Shown here piece after piece: positions 19,835 to 28,757 of a DNA stretch of 64,000 nt. Location of the stretch: positions 67,150 to 131,149 of the forward strand of contig JBNJDX010000001.1 in the NCBI GenBank assembly GCA_051745285.1, given 5' to 3'. The stretch's first letter is position 1; every line of letters begins with the position of its first letter. A model generated the notes under the pieces. It searched no databases, was not told where the DNA came from, and saw only the letters and a program-made list of their open reading frames with translations. The position numbers and the translations under genes were made by a program. This DNA comes from Spirochaetota bacterium (GTDB taxonomy: Bacteria; Spirochaetota; Spirochaetia; CAKZLE01).

Positions 19835-20817
19835 ATCTCGGCCCCGCAGGCCCTACAGCGACCGGATTGCAGGGACTGCTCTACTTGGATCGCGGCTTCA
19901 CCGCCGTAACTGTGGCTGGAAAAGAGCTGTCTACCACACTGCGGACACACGGTCTTATCCCAATCTTTGTTTGCGCTGTTGCCTCCGTATACAAACGGGA
20001 TACCCGCATCGGCTGCAGTCTCCAGGCAGGCGCTGAGGAACTGCTCTCTCGTCGGCTTTCTGTCCGACATGCGGTAATACGGAAAAAAGCGTGAGAGATG
20101 CCATACCTGCACCCCTGCATCCAAAAGTCTTTTGCCCAACTCCGCTATATCTTCGGTGCTGTGCAGCCCCTCGATGACCAAGGTAGTCACCTCCAGCACT
20201 TTTCCAGGCGTCTTAGCAATCGTTTCAATTGACCGCATCACCGGGTCCAACATCCCCGCACACCAGGTTCGGTAAAATGAATCATTTCCTTTGAGATCAA
20301 CATTAAAACCGTCAATGAGCTCAAGTGAACGCTGAAGGGATGACGGGGAAAACGATCCGTTGGTAACCATGCAGTTCAGTCCGCCGGACTGGCGTACAAG
20401 CGTTGCTGTATCAAGCATATAATCCTGCCACACAATGGGGTCTGAGTAGGTGTAGGTCATGATGCGGGTTTTAGAACTTTGCATAGCAGCTGTCAGTTGT
20501 TCCGGAGAGTAGAACTGCTTCATCCGACTGCTGCCTTCATTCTGGGGAGACAGTCGGCTCTCCGGCTGCGATATTTCACTGTTCTGGCAGCTTGCACACC
20601 GGAAATTACACCCAAACATTGCTACAGAAAGGGTTCTGCTGCCCGGTAAGAAATGATACATCGGCTTCTTCTCAATGGGATCTACGCCTACCGAGACAAG
20701 CTCTCCATATCCAAGAGTGACTAACTCACCCCCCTGATTAGCACGGACTCCGCACCAGCCAATCTCTCCCTCTCTGATGCGGCACATTCTCCAGCAAAAA
20801 TCACACCGCTGATCCAC
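19807..20817 (-). CDS. AmmeMemoRadiSam-system radical SAM enzyme
   Basis: The CNFRCASCQN (CX3CX2C) radical SAM motif is present, along with an N-terminal CDFCWRMC...WCG and DPIEKKP. I trimmed the ORF to the GTG at 20817, which lies 6 nt after a GAGGAGG RBS. The track ORF starts at 20913. Confidence 0.85.
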   Translation of the reverse strand: MDQRCDFCWRMCRIREGEIGWCGVRANQGGELVTLGYGELVSVGVDPIEKKPMYHFLPGSRTLSVAMFGCNFRCASCQNSEISQPESRLSPQNEGSSRMKQFYSPEQLTAAMQSSKTRIMTYTYSDPIVWQDYMLDTATLVRQSGGLNCMVTNGSFSPSSLQRSLELIDGFNVDLKGNDSFYRTWCAGMLDPVMRSIETIAKTPGKVLEVTTLVIEGLHSTEDIAELGKRLLDAGVQVWHLSRFFPYYRMSDRKPTREQFLSACLETAADAGIPFVYGGNSANKDWDKTVCPQCGRQLFSSHSYGGEAAIQVEQSLQSGRCRACGAEIYGLFSSSR

Positions 20818-21406
20818 GGTAATCCTCCTCGCTGAACACTTCAGCCTGAAACACCTCAAAAGAACAGCTGTCATTCTTCCATGCCTCAGGAGGAAGGCCG
20901 GCTTTGAGTGCAAGGTGGGTTAGGGTTGTTTCCAAATCCCAGCCCTGTTCAACTGCGACTTGGGGGAGAAAGACAGCATGCCGTCCATTGCAGTTAAGCA
21001 GGATACCGTCCCTGCCGATGCGTATGTCCCGGTATGAAGAGACCGCCTGCATTGGCGTTAAAACCGATATCTCAAACAGCAGGCCTTCCCACTCATCCTG
21101 GGAAACTGGCGGAAACCGGGGATCATGAAAGGCTGCTTCAACAGCAAGCCGCATCACCTCTTCATAGAGGCGAGAGGAACCTATCAGGCTTCCGATACAC
21201 CCGCGAAGCGAATTCACAGTACTGTCAGGGCGACTTGTTTTGAGTGTCACGAAAGCCCCCCGTCTCTCACGTAGGATCGGATACCTACGGTAGAGCTCCT
21301 CGAGCTGCTGTTTTGTTCGCACCCCTGCAGAAGAGCCAGCCAGCTTGCTCTTCACGCTCTCTCGAGCATCTGCAAGTAGTAGTTTTTTCTCCACATCATG
21401 TAGCAT
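20801..21406 (-). CDS. AMMECR1-domain protein (AmmeMemoRadiSam system protein A)
   Basis: 201 aa with AMMECR1 blocks (GAFVTLK...LRGCIGS, DPRFPP). Confidence 0.85.
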   Translation of the reverse strand: MLHDVEKKLLLADARESVKSKLAGSSAGVRTKQQLEELYRRYPILRERRGAFVTLKTSRPDSTVNSLRGCIGSLIGSSRLYEEVMRLAVEAAFHDPRFPPVSQDEWEGLLFEISVLTPMQAVSSYRDIRIGRDGILLNCNGRHAVFLPQVAVEQGWDLETTLTHLALKAGLPPEAWKNDSCSFEVFQAEVFSEEDYRGSAV

Positions 21407-21435
21407 AGTAGTTACCTCAAACTCTTAACAGGTTT

Positions 21436-22332
21436 CTACTCCCATAATACAGTGCTGTAAGAAACAAAGTCGGGAAGCGGGTTCTGTGCGAAGTTATTTG
21501 AGTTATAGTAGTCGACTACTTTTCCGGAAAACCCCAGGTGAGAAGCAATAGACGAGGCTAACAAGGCTGGTGCAAACCCGCATATGGTGGGGTGCTCCTT
21601 CCGGCACCTTTCGAACACCTCAGCAACCTGTCCACTGGCAAATCCTACAGCGTAGCTGCGGTCTTCCTGCTCAACTTGTTTTGTCACCGCATCCAAGTCC
21701 CCGGTCCCATAGGGGGCATGTCCAAAACGCATTCCGTAATGGGTGAAATCCGAACTGGCGATGAGAACCGTACGGCCGTCTTGTAGCTGCTCCTCTCCAA
21801 TACACTCCATCAGGGATTCAGCAAATTCCTTGATGTTTTCAACTGAAGAGAAACGGGAAACAAGGCCCAGGGCAACCGATATATCGTTACCGCGCTGCTC
21901 TGCAACCCGCGCTATAAACGGCAGGAACATCTCCACAGCATGTTCTTCCTTCACAGCCCGCACGCCGTCGACAGTCAGATATCCCGGCAAGCGCCCGCAC
22001 ATCGGGTCATAAGGAAGATTCCCGATGGGGGTCTCTACAAACGAGTAATCAGCCGCAGCAAGCTTATCTTCTGGAAGATACTCGTAGTGAGATGGAGCTA
22101 GAATACATATACGTTTTGTTTGCTCCGGAAGACATGCGAAAAAATGGGCAATGCCCCGACCTGAGTAAAACAGACCGGCGTGAGGAAGTAATCCAATGCG
22201 GGGAAAATAGTCAGTGGGCTTAGTTTTACTTGCTGTTATATACCCGTCTATCTCCGATCTCAACAGTTCGGGGTTATCAGAGTACCAGGCTCCGGCAAAT
22301 CGTGCTTTTCTGTAAGGAAGTTCTCTACTCAT
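21436..22332 (-). CDS. Memo-like protein (AmmeMemoRadiSam system protein B)
   Basis: 298 aa with MEMO1-family features (AGAWY, LPHAG..YSG, SSDFTHYG). Confidence 0.85.
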   Translation of the reverse strand: MSRELPYRKARFAGAWYSDNPELLRSEIDGYITASKTKPTDYFPRIGLLPHAGLFYSGRGIAHFFACLPEQTKRICILAPSHYEYLPEDKLAAADYSFVETPIGNLPYDPMCGRLPGYLTVDGVRAVKEEHAVEMFLPFIARVAEQRGNDISVALGLVSRFSSVENIKEFAESLMECIGEEQLQDGRTVLIASSDFTHYGMRFGHAPYGTGDLDAVTKQVEQEDRSYAVGFASGQVAEVFERCRKEHPTICGFAPALLASSIASHLGFSGKVVDYYNSNNFAQNPLPDFVSYSTVLWE

Positions 22333-22418
22333 ATGAACACCTCCTGTTTATACGGTAGAGGCGCACCCGCCACACTGCCAGTATACTACAGAGCCCGGCT
22401 GGATGTAAGGGGTAGCGC

Positions 22419-23354
22419 CTAATTCAGGTAGCCGGACTCAATCTCCCGTATCTTTTTGAGGGCGTTCGTATTTTCCGGAACAGAGAGGTGATACTGATCA
22501 GCCTTCTGGATAACAAACCCTCCGAAAAGCTCTACTTCAGTCTTTCTCTTCGCCTCAACATCCTGCAGCATTGAGGTTTTTCCCCTGGGGTTCATGGTTG
22601 CCAATACCTGAACCCATGTATCGAAGTCCTCCTGTGAAAGCGGTGTTTCGGTAAACTTTGACAGGGCGATCACCTCCATCATCAGCGCCTTCATATAGTC
22701 GAACGCCTCACCCGATTGTGCCAACGTTCCGTAATCAGCGCGATGAATAACAGAACTCTGGTTTGCCCCCGTATTGACCATAAGTTTCCACCACAGTCGC
22801 TGCATTGTCTGCCTGGGGACTTCCACATCCACCCCTGCGACTTCGAAAAACTGTTTAATCGCTCGAACACGTTCAGTAAGTCGGTTGGGATCGTTATATT
22901 TTTCACCGAATACGATTTTTCCGGGAGCCTGATAGGTTATCTCATTTCCGATTCTAACTGCATCCTGTCTGTAGGTAAAACCATAGAGGACATGCTCGGA
23001 CCCGTAACGGGCCAGCAGCTCCTCTTCGCTGGCAAGTCCATTCAAAAGAGAAAGAATCTGGGTCTGCTCACCAACAAATCTGTCAGCCAGCGTGAGAGCT
23101 GACTGAAGCTGGTGATATTTCACCGCTATAATCAGCAGATCACACGGGCTTGATGCAGGTTTCTGTCCGTCATCCACGGAAGGAAACCAACTTCTACCGT
23201 TGATCACAAAACCTCGTTCCCGATATCGCTTGGCGCGCTCATCGGCGGCGGCCAACATCACCTTCTCACCGTACGATTGCCACAGCAGTTCTCCAATGGA
23301 CGCTCCCACAGCGCCGGCACCCAACAATACGCAGCTATCAACGTTATTAGTCAT
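22419..23354 (-). CDS. panE: 2-dehydropantoate 2-reductase (ketopantoate reductase family)
   Basis: The N-terminal Rossmann motif LLGAGAVGASIG and the ApbA/PanE C-terminal domain are present. The ORF is trimmed to the internal Met MTNNVDSC. Confidence 0.7.
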   Translation of the reverse strand: MTNNVDSCVLLGAGAVGASIGELLWQSYGEKVMLAAADERAKRYRERGFVINGRSWFPSVDDGQKPASSPCDLLIIAVKYHQLQSALTLADRFVGEQTQILSLLNGLASEEELLARYGSEHVLYGFTYRQDAVRIGNEITYQAPGKIVFGEKYNDPNRLTERVRAIKQFFEVAGVDVEVPRQTMQRLWWKLMVNTGANQSSVIHRADYGTLAQSGEAFDYMKALMMEVIALSKFTETPLSQEDFDTWVQVLATMNPRGKTSMLQDVEAKRKTEVELFGGFVIQKADQYHLSVPENTNALKKIREIESGYLN

Positions 23355-23576
23355 AATGCATCCCCCGGTGAAGGGGAGTATACCAGGATTACCAGTCCGG
23401 TTAAAGTACATCCGTCAGTAAGCCGAGCCCCCTGAGAAACATTGACACCGTGTATCCCATACCCTACCATAAGGATACCACAGTGAGTTTTGGTTGCGAG
23501 ACCCCGTGGTGCAAGAGTGCGTACCGGTCATTTCTCTAGCCGATAGCGCTCAATCGCGAAGAAGGAAAGGAACGTG

Positions 23577-25223
23577 ATGGAGTCCAATGAGCAGCAGCCC
23601 CGCACGGGCATTCGACGATTTTTTGATATTCACGCACCGGTTTTCTGGCCGACGGTTATTCTTCTGGCGTTGTTTGTCGGCCTCGTTCTAGCTTCCGGTG
23701 ACCAGCTCGAGCAGACTTTTGCAAACATCCAAAATTGGATATCTGATAATTTTGGCTGGTTTCTTATTGCTGCGGTGAATTTTTTCCTGATAGCAGTGAT
23801 CTACTTTGCTTTTTCCCGTTTTGGGGATATCAGACTCGGAGGCAGAACGGCTGTACCTCAATTCAGCAGGATGGCCTGGTTTTCCATGCTGTTCAGTGCA
23901 GGTATGGGTATAGGGCTCCTGTTCTGGAGCGTTGCTGAGCCGATCTACCACTTTACCGAACCACCCATCACGCGGGCGGGAACCCAGGAGGCTGCTCAGG
24001 AAGCAATGAATTTCACCTTCCTCCACTGGGGGTTACATGCCTGGGCAATTTATACCCTCGTTGGCCTAGCCTTGGCGTTCTTTGCCTTCAACCGCAACAT
24101 GCCTCTTGCCTTCCGTTCGGTCTTCTATCCAATGATCGGCAAGAGAGTATACGGTTGGGCGGGAAATATAATCGACGTGCTGGCCGTTTTGGCAACGCTT
24201 TTTGGACTGGCGACTTCGCTTGGGTTCGGGGTACAGCAGGTAGGTGCCGGACTGGCTCATCTTTTTGGTATCCCAAATACCCTGCCAGTGAGAATACTTC
24301 TGATAGCCCTCATCACCGGGGCGGCGACCGGTTCGGTTGTGTTGGGGCTTGATCGAGGAGTTAAACGCTTGAGTGAACTGAATATTCGCCTTGCGGGGGT
24401 ATTGCTGGCCTTCCTCCTCGTCCTCGGACCGACAGTGTTTATAATAAGTTCCTATATCCAGAATATCGGAGGCTACTTGAATGACTTCTTCCATTTGAGT
24501 TTCTGGGCTGAAAGCTACCAGGCTAGCACCTGGCAGAACAACTGGACGGTCTTTTACTGGTCCTGGTGGATATCCTGGTCTCCCTTTGTAGGAATGTTTA
24601 TTGCCAGAATCTCACGAGGCAGAACCATTAAGGAATATGTTCTCAGTGTACTCATTGTTCCAACAATTCTTACCTTTTTTTGGATTACCGCTTTCGGAGG
24701 GTCAGCGCTCTCTCTCGAACTACAGGGGGTAGCTGACATTGCTGCTGGTATCAAGGAGGAGGTTGCAACCTCTATCTATGTGCTCTTTGAACAGTTTCCT
24801 TTTGCAGCTGTAACAAACTTTGCCGCCGTCGCCCTGGTGATCAGCTTTTTTATTACCTCCAGTGACTCCGGATCCCTGGTCGTTGACGCCTTTACTTCCG
24901 GGGGTAAGCTCAACTCACCCGTAGCCCAGCGCGTATTCTGGGCTTCAATGGAGGGTCTTGTTGCGGCGATACTCTTAATCGGGGGTGGCCTTCAGGCCTT
25001 GCAGACTGCTTCAATTATTACCGGACTACCCTTTGCCATCATTCTCATGCTGATGTGCTTCAGTCTCTATAAAGGGTTGAACAAAGAATATGAAGCCCTG
25101 CAGGCACGCAAGGAAACCAAAGAGCGTGAGTCCTACCGGGAACTGATCCAAAAGACGGTTGGCAACAGCCAAACTGAAGATGATATGCACAAGGGGGATG
25201 ACCATGACAACCACACATCTTGA
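23577..25223 (+). CDS. BCCT-family compatible-solute transporter
   Basis: About 548 aa and polytopic. The Trp-rich BCCT signature region is present (WTVFYWSWWISWSPFVGMFIARISRGRTI). Confidence 0.9.
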   Translation: MESNEQQPRTGIRRFFDIHAPVFWPTVILLALFVGLVLASGDQLEQTFANIQNWISDNFGWFLIAAVNFFLIAVIYFAFSRFGDIRLGGRTAVPQFSRMAWFSMLFSAGMGIGLLFWSVAEPIYHFTEPPITRAGTQEAAQEAMNFTFLHWGLHAWAIYTLVGLALAFFAFNRNMPLAFRSVFYPMIGKRVYGWAGNIIDVLAVLATLFGLATSLGFGVQQVGAGLAHLFGIPNTLPVRILLIALITGAATGSVVLGLDRGVKRLSELNIRLAGVLLAFLLVLGPTVFIISSYIQNIGGYLNDFFHLSFWAESYQASTWQNNWTVFYWSWWISWSPFVGMFIARISRGRTIKEYVLSVLIVPTILTFFWITAFGGSALSLELQGVADIAAGIKEEVATSIYVLFEQFPFAAVTNFAAVALVISFFITSSDSGSLVVDAFTSGGKLNSPVAQRVFWASMEGLVAAILLIGGGLQALQTASIITGLPFAIILMLMCFSLYKGLNKEYEALQARKETKERESYRELIQKTVGNSQTEDDMHKGDDHDNHTS

Positions 25224-26091
25224 AGAGCCTCTACAGACCCTGCTTGTCTGCCTGGACTTAACAGAGATTGATCAGCACCTCATTGACTACAGTCTCTTTC
25301 TGGGTAACAAGCTTTCAGTAGAGCATGTCATTTTTTTCCATGTGATTCAGGCCTATGATCTTCCTAGTCAGCATGAAGAAGAGTACGAAAACCTGGAACG
25401 TGACCTGATCGCATCAATTGATAAGCAGGCTCAGGAGGCTAAGAATCGACTAGGGCTAAAAGACCTGCATACGCAGACAGTTGTCCGCACAGAACAGGAA
25501 GATGCCGCTGAGGTGGTCGTCTTGTTCACACAGGAGCATAAGATTGACCTGACCCTTATCGGTAACAAGTCTGGGGAAGAACGGACTGGCTACTACGGAA
25601 AGAAAATTATTGGGCAGGTGCGCAGTGACATTCTGTTTGTTCCCGTAGAGCCTGAGCATTCTCTTGAACAGATTCTCTGTCTGCTTGACTTTTCTTCCGC
25701 TAGTACAAGGGCGTTCAAACGAGCCTTAAGCATTCAGAAGAATACAGAGTGCCAATTAGCCTGTCGCTACGTGCAAGACAGCTCTTCAAGCTACTTTCCC
25801 GACTCTACAACACGTACGATTGCTGACCTGTCCAAAAAAGCAGAGAAAACCATCAAGGAGTTTCTTGCCGGGTTCGGCCTCGGGCAGGAGCAAGTACCCT
25901 GCACTATTGATGTTCAAAAACCTATACAGGAACACATTTCCGAGATAAATCGTTTAAAGCCCACCCTGGTTATTATCGGCGTCTCCGGCCAGGCAGCGTC
26001 CGTTACGACGCTGCTGGGTAATATCGCAGAGACTGTTCGACGGGAAGAGATCACAAACCCGGTTATGATTATGAAGAACAGCGAAAGGTGA
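25198..26091 (+). CDS. Universal stress protein (tandem USP-type)
   Basis: Two USP-like halves are present (LLVCLDLTE..., ILCLLDFSSAS...VIIGVSG). The start overlaps the BCCT 3' end after an AAGGGGGA RBS. An ATG at either 25198 or 25204 is possible. Confidence 0.65.
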   Translation: MTMTTTHLEEPLQTLLVCLDLTEIDQHLIDYSLFLGNKLSVEHVIFFHVIQAYDLPSQHEEEYENLERDLIASIDKQAQEAKNRLGLKDLHTQTVVRTEQEDAAEVVVLFTQEHKIDLTLIGNKSGEERTGYYGKKIIGQVRSDILFVPVEPEHSLEQILCLLDFSSASTRAFKRALSIQKNTECQLACRYVQDSSSSYFPDSTTRTIADLSKKAEKTIKEFLAGFGLGQEQVPCTIDVQKPIQEHISEINRLKPTLVIIGVSGQAASVTTLLGNIAETVRREEITNPVMIMKNSER

Positions 26092-26095
26092 AATG

Positions 26096-27115
26096 TTACC
26101 GCAGGGAATATCTTTGTACAAAAGCCTCGGCGTTCTGAATCGACCCGCCGGCTGCACCCTTGACCACATTGTTCACCATGAGCATGAATCCAATTTTATT
26201 ACCGCGTTTCTTTACTCGACCGGTATAGACCACCATGCCTTTCGGATCTCCCCAGAAGGCATATTTCGGTTGGGGAAAGGTGTTATCAGATGAATACACT
26301 ACCGGTTTGGTCGCAGAGGAGGGAAGCCCGGCCTCGTCAATGACAAAGTCATCCCACGCGCCAATGATATCTTCAATACCGACAGTCTCCTTCAACGTCA
26401 GCCAGACGGCCTCTAGATGGCCAAACATAACAGGTACTCGGACGCTGTAGGCAAACACCTCAGGGTTGAATGTCAGGATCTTCTTAATCTCCTTCTCAAT
26501 CTTCTCCTCCTCCTGAGAGATATAGGGGATAACATTGTCTGTTATGTCAAACGAAGAGAGGCCTGGATACCCGGCTCCACTGACAGACTGGTAGGTGGAT
26601 ACCGAAATTTCCTCGATCCCAAATTGTTTCAGGGGGGCAAGAGCCATGGCCAAACCGGTCGTCACACAATTTGCATTCGTGACGACAAAACCTGAATCGG
26701 GATAACCCTGTTTTTCGATGAGGGAAAGGGAGTCCAGGTTGGCTTCCGGGATAAGAATTGGAACATCTTTCTCGTATCGCATTGCCCCTGCGTTGGAGAA
26801 CACATAGAACCCATGCTCGCGCAGTTCAGGTTCAGCCGTCTTAGCCACGTCAGCCGGCATCGCTGAAAAGACGATTTGGATCCCTGCCGCCCGCATAGCT
26901 TCAAGGTCGTAATCTCGAATCTCAATCTCTTTGATTGTATCGGGGATTTCAAATGGAATTACCCAGTGTACTGAATTCCCGTACTTCTGGCCGATCCTTG
27001 CAGCAGAAGCTGTGATGTATTCAATCTCGAACCACGAATGATCTGAGAGCATCCACATAAAAACCTGCCCCACGGCACCTGTAGCTCCAATAACTGCAAC
27101 TTTCATTTTTTCCAT
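26096..27115 (-). CDS. Aspartate-semialdehyde dehydrogenase family protein, archaeal/fungal-type branch
   Basis: The N-terminus reads VAVIGATGAVGQ. The active-site Cys lies in VTNANCVTTG, with QSVSGAG and VPVMFGHLEA also present. It is clearly divergent from the second asd at 38560. Confidence 0.75.
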   Translation of the reverse strand: MEKMKVAVIGATGAVGQVFMWMLSDHSWFEIEYITASAARIGQKYGNSVHWVIPFEIPDTIKEIEIRDYDLEAMRAAGIQIVFSAMPADVAKTAEPELREHGFYVFSNAGAMRYEKDVPILIPEANLDSLSLIEKQGYPDSGFVVTNANCVTTGLAMALAPLKQFGIEEISVSTYQSVSGAGYPGLSSFDITDNVIPYISQEEEKIEKEIKKILTFNPEVFAYSVRVPVMFGHLEAVWLTLKETVGIEDIIGAWDDFVIDEAGLPSSATKPVVYSSDNTFPQPKYAFWGDPKGMVVYTGRVKKRGNKIGFMLMVNNVVKGAAGGSIQNAEAFVQRYSLR

Positions 27116-27293
27116 TCTGTCCCTCCTAATTGTTCAACGTTTCTGTTTCTCTGATGAGTACTGATTTTTTGTCTCATTGGATACAAAGTGTTGCTATAAT
27201 AACTGTATGTTATCTTTATGACAATATGTTATAAAATATTTTTGTACTTTTTCCGGCGTTTACAGACGGTTCACATAATGATATACTTAACGG

Positions 27294-28493
27294 ATGATAA
27301 GCTCCGGTAAAGCGCAGCTGCCGTTACACTACGGAAGAGTCCCCTCTTGGCTGTACGAACGAATGGAAAAAATCGGCACATCCATCACTGAACTGCTGCT
27401 TGAAGAACATGGCAGCAAAGGTTTCCTCTCAAGGATCAGCAATCCCTACTGGTTTCAGGCTCTTGGTTGCGTCATGGGAATGGATTGGCACTCATCAGGG
27501 ATTACAACCTCCGTTCTAGGAGCTCTCAAACGGGGAATAAATAAAAACAGTGCTACGTTCGGACTTCATATCTGCGGAGGAAGAGGTAAACAATCCAGGA
27601 ACACTCCAAATGAACTCGTCCGGATTTCTGGACAATTTGGCATTGAGTCAGAGGGACTGGTGCACGCTTCCCGTCTCAGCGCAAAAATCGACAATACCTG
27701 CATTAATGATGGCTACCAGCTCTACCTGCACACCTGCATAGTCGACCGCGACGGAAACTGGTCGGTAGTCCAGCAAGGGATGAATACAGCCGAGAAGATG
27801 GCCAGACGCTACCATTGGCACTCTAGTCAAGTCACATCATTTGTAGACAATCCTCACAGTGCAGTAGTAGGTCCGAATCGGGGTGTTATCATGAATATGG
27901 TCGACACAAGAGCGGCAGCCTCCAGGGATGCAGTCATCGATTTTATCAGTCAATCTCCCGGCAGGCAGCACAGGGAGTTGGCTGCCCTGGGACTCTGCAA
28001 CCCGCCCACTGGTCAACTGGACCTGTTCATGCCGGCAGAACATGAAGTAGGCAGTCAGGATGTGGATGCTGGCCGCCTGGGTGCAGTACTTGCTCTTGCC
28101 CATAGCAGGGGTGCCCGTGAATTTACCGATACGCTGTTAACCCCGGGGGTTGGACCGAGAACCGTTCAGGCGCTTGCACTGGTGAGTGAAGTGGTCTACG
28201 GGAAACCGAACCGCTTCTCTGATCCGGCTCGCTTCTCTTTTGCACACGGAGGCAAAGACGGTCATCCCTTTCCAGTCCCCATAAAAACGTACGATGAATC
28301 GATCAATACGCTCTCACGAGCAGTCAGAAAGGCAAAATTAGGTAACGACGGGGAAAAATCCGCTTTGAAACGACTTTCAGAGCTAGCAAAAGAACTTGAG
28401 GATAATTACGCACCGAGTGCTGATATTCAGCAGACAATCGCCCATGAACGACGCATCTCTTCCTCCCTCGGAGGAAAGACCTGTTTCAATTAG
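27294..28493 (+). CDS. DUF763-family protein of unknown function
   Basis: 399-aa soluble protein. I recognise the conserved blocks (WFQALGCVMGMDWHSSG, ICGGRGK) as DUF763-like. A helix-hairpin-helix-like segment, LLTPGVGPRTVQALALV, is also present. Confidence 0.6.
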   Translation: MISSGKAQLPLHYGRVPSWLYERMEKIGTSITELLLEEHGSKGFLSRISNPYWFQALGCVMGMDWHSSGITTSVLGALKRGINKNSATFGLHICGGRGKQSRNTPNELVRISGQFGIESEGLVHASRLSAKIDNTCINDGYQLYLHTCIVDRDGNWSVVQQGMNTAEKMARRYHWHSSQVTSFVDNPHSAVVGPNRGVIMNMVDTRAAASRDAVIDFISQSPGRQHRELAALGLCNPPTGQLDLFMPAEHEVGSQDVDAGRLGAVLALAHSRGAREFTDTLLTPGVGPRTVQALALVSEVVYGKPNRFSDPARFSFAHGGKDGHPFPVPIKTYDESINTLSRAVRKAKLGNDGEKSALKRLSELAKELEDNYAPSADIQQTIAHERRISSSLGGKTCFN

Positions 28494-28577
28494 TTGAACA
28501 TGATAAGAGGCTCATAAAAACCCTTCTAATTTATTGACACCCATGGCTTTTCTTTATATGCTACTGCTTAGATTTTC

Positions 28578-28651
28578 GGGGGTGTAGCTCAGTTGGCTAG
28601 AGCGCGTGAATGGCATTCACGAGGTCAGGGGTTCAATTCCCCTCACCTCCA
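28578..28651 (+). tRNA. tRNA-Ala (anticodon GGC)
   Basis: I folded a 74-nt cloverleaf by hand. The acceptor stem is GGGGGTG/CACCTCC with the G3:U70 alanine identity pair. The D arm is GCTC/GAGC, the anticodon stem is CGTGA/TCACG with loop ATGGCAT, and the T arm is AGGGG-TTCAATT-CCCCT. No CCA is encoded. Confidence 0.9.
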
Positions 28652-28757
28652 AAATCACATCAATTCAGCATATCGCTTCTCAAACAAATACGGCCAGAGC
28701 CCGCACTCAGACGAACTCTGGTCTGCTTATCAATCGTGTGCATCTGCCACCTGTCTG

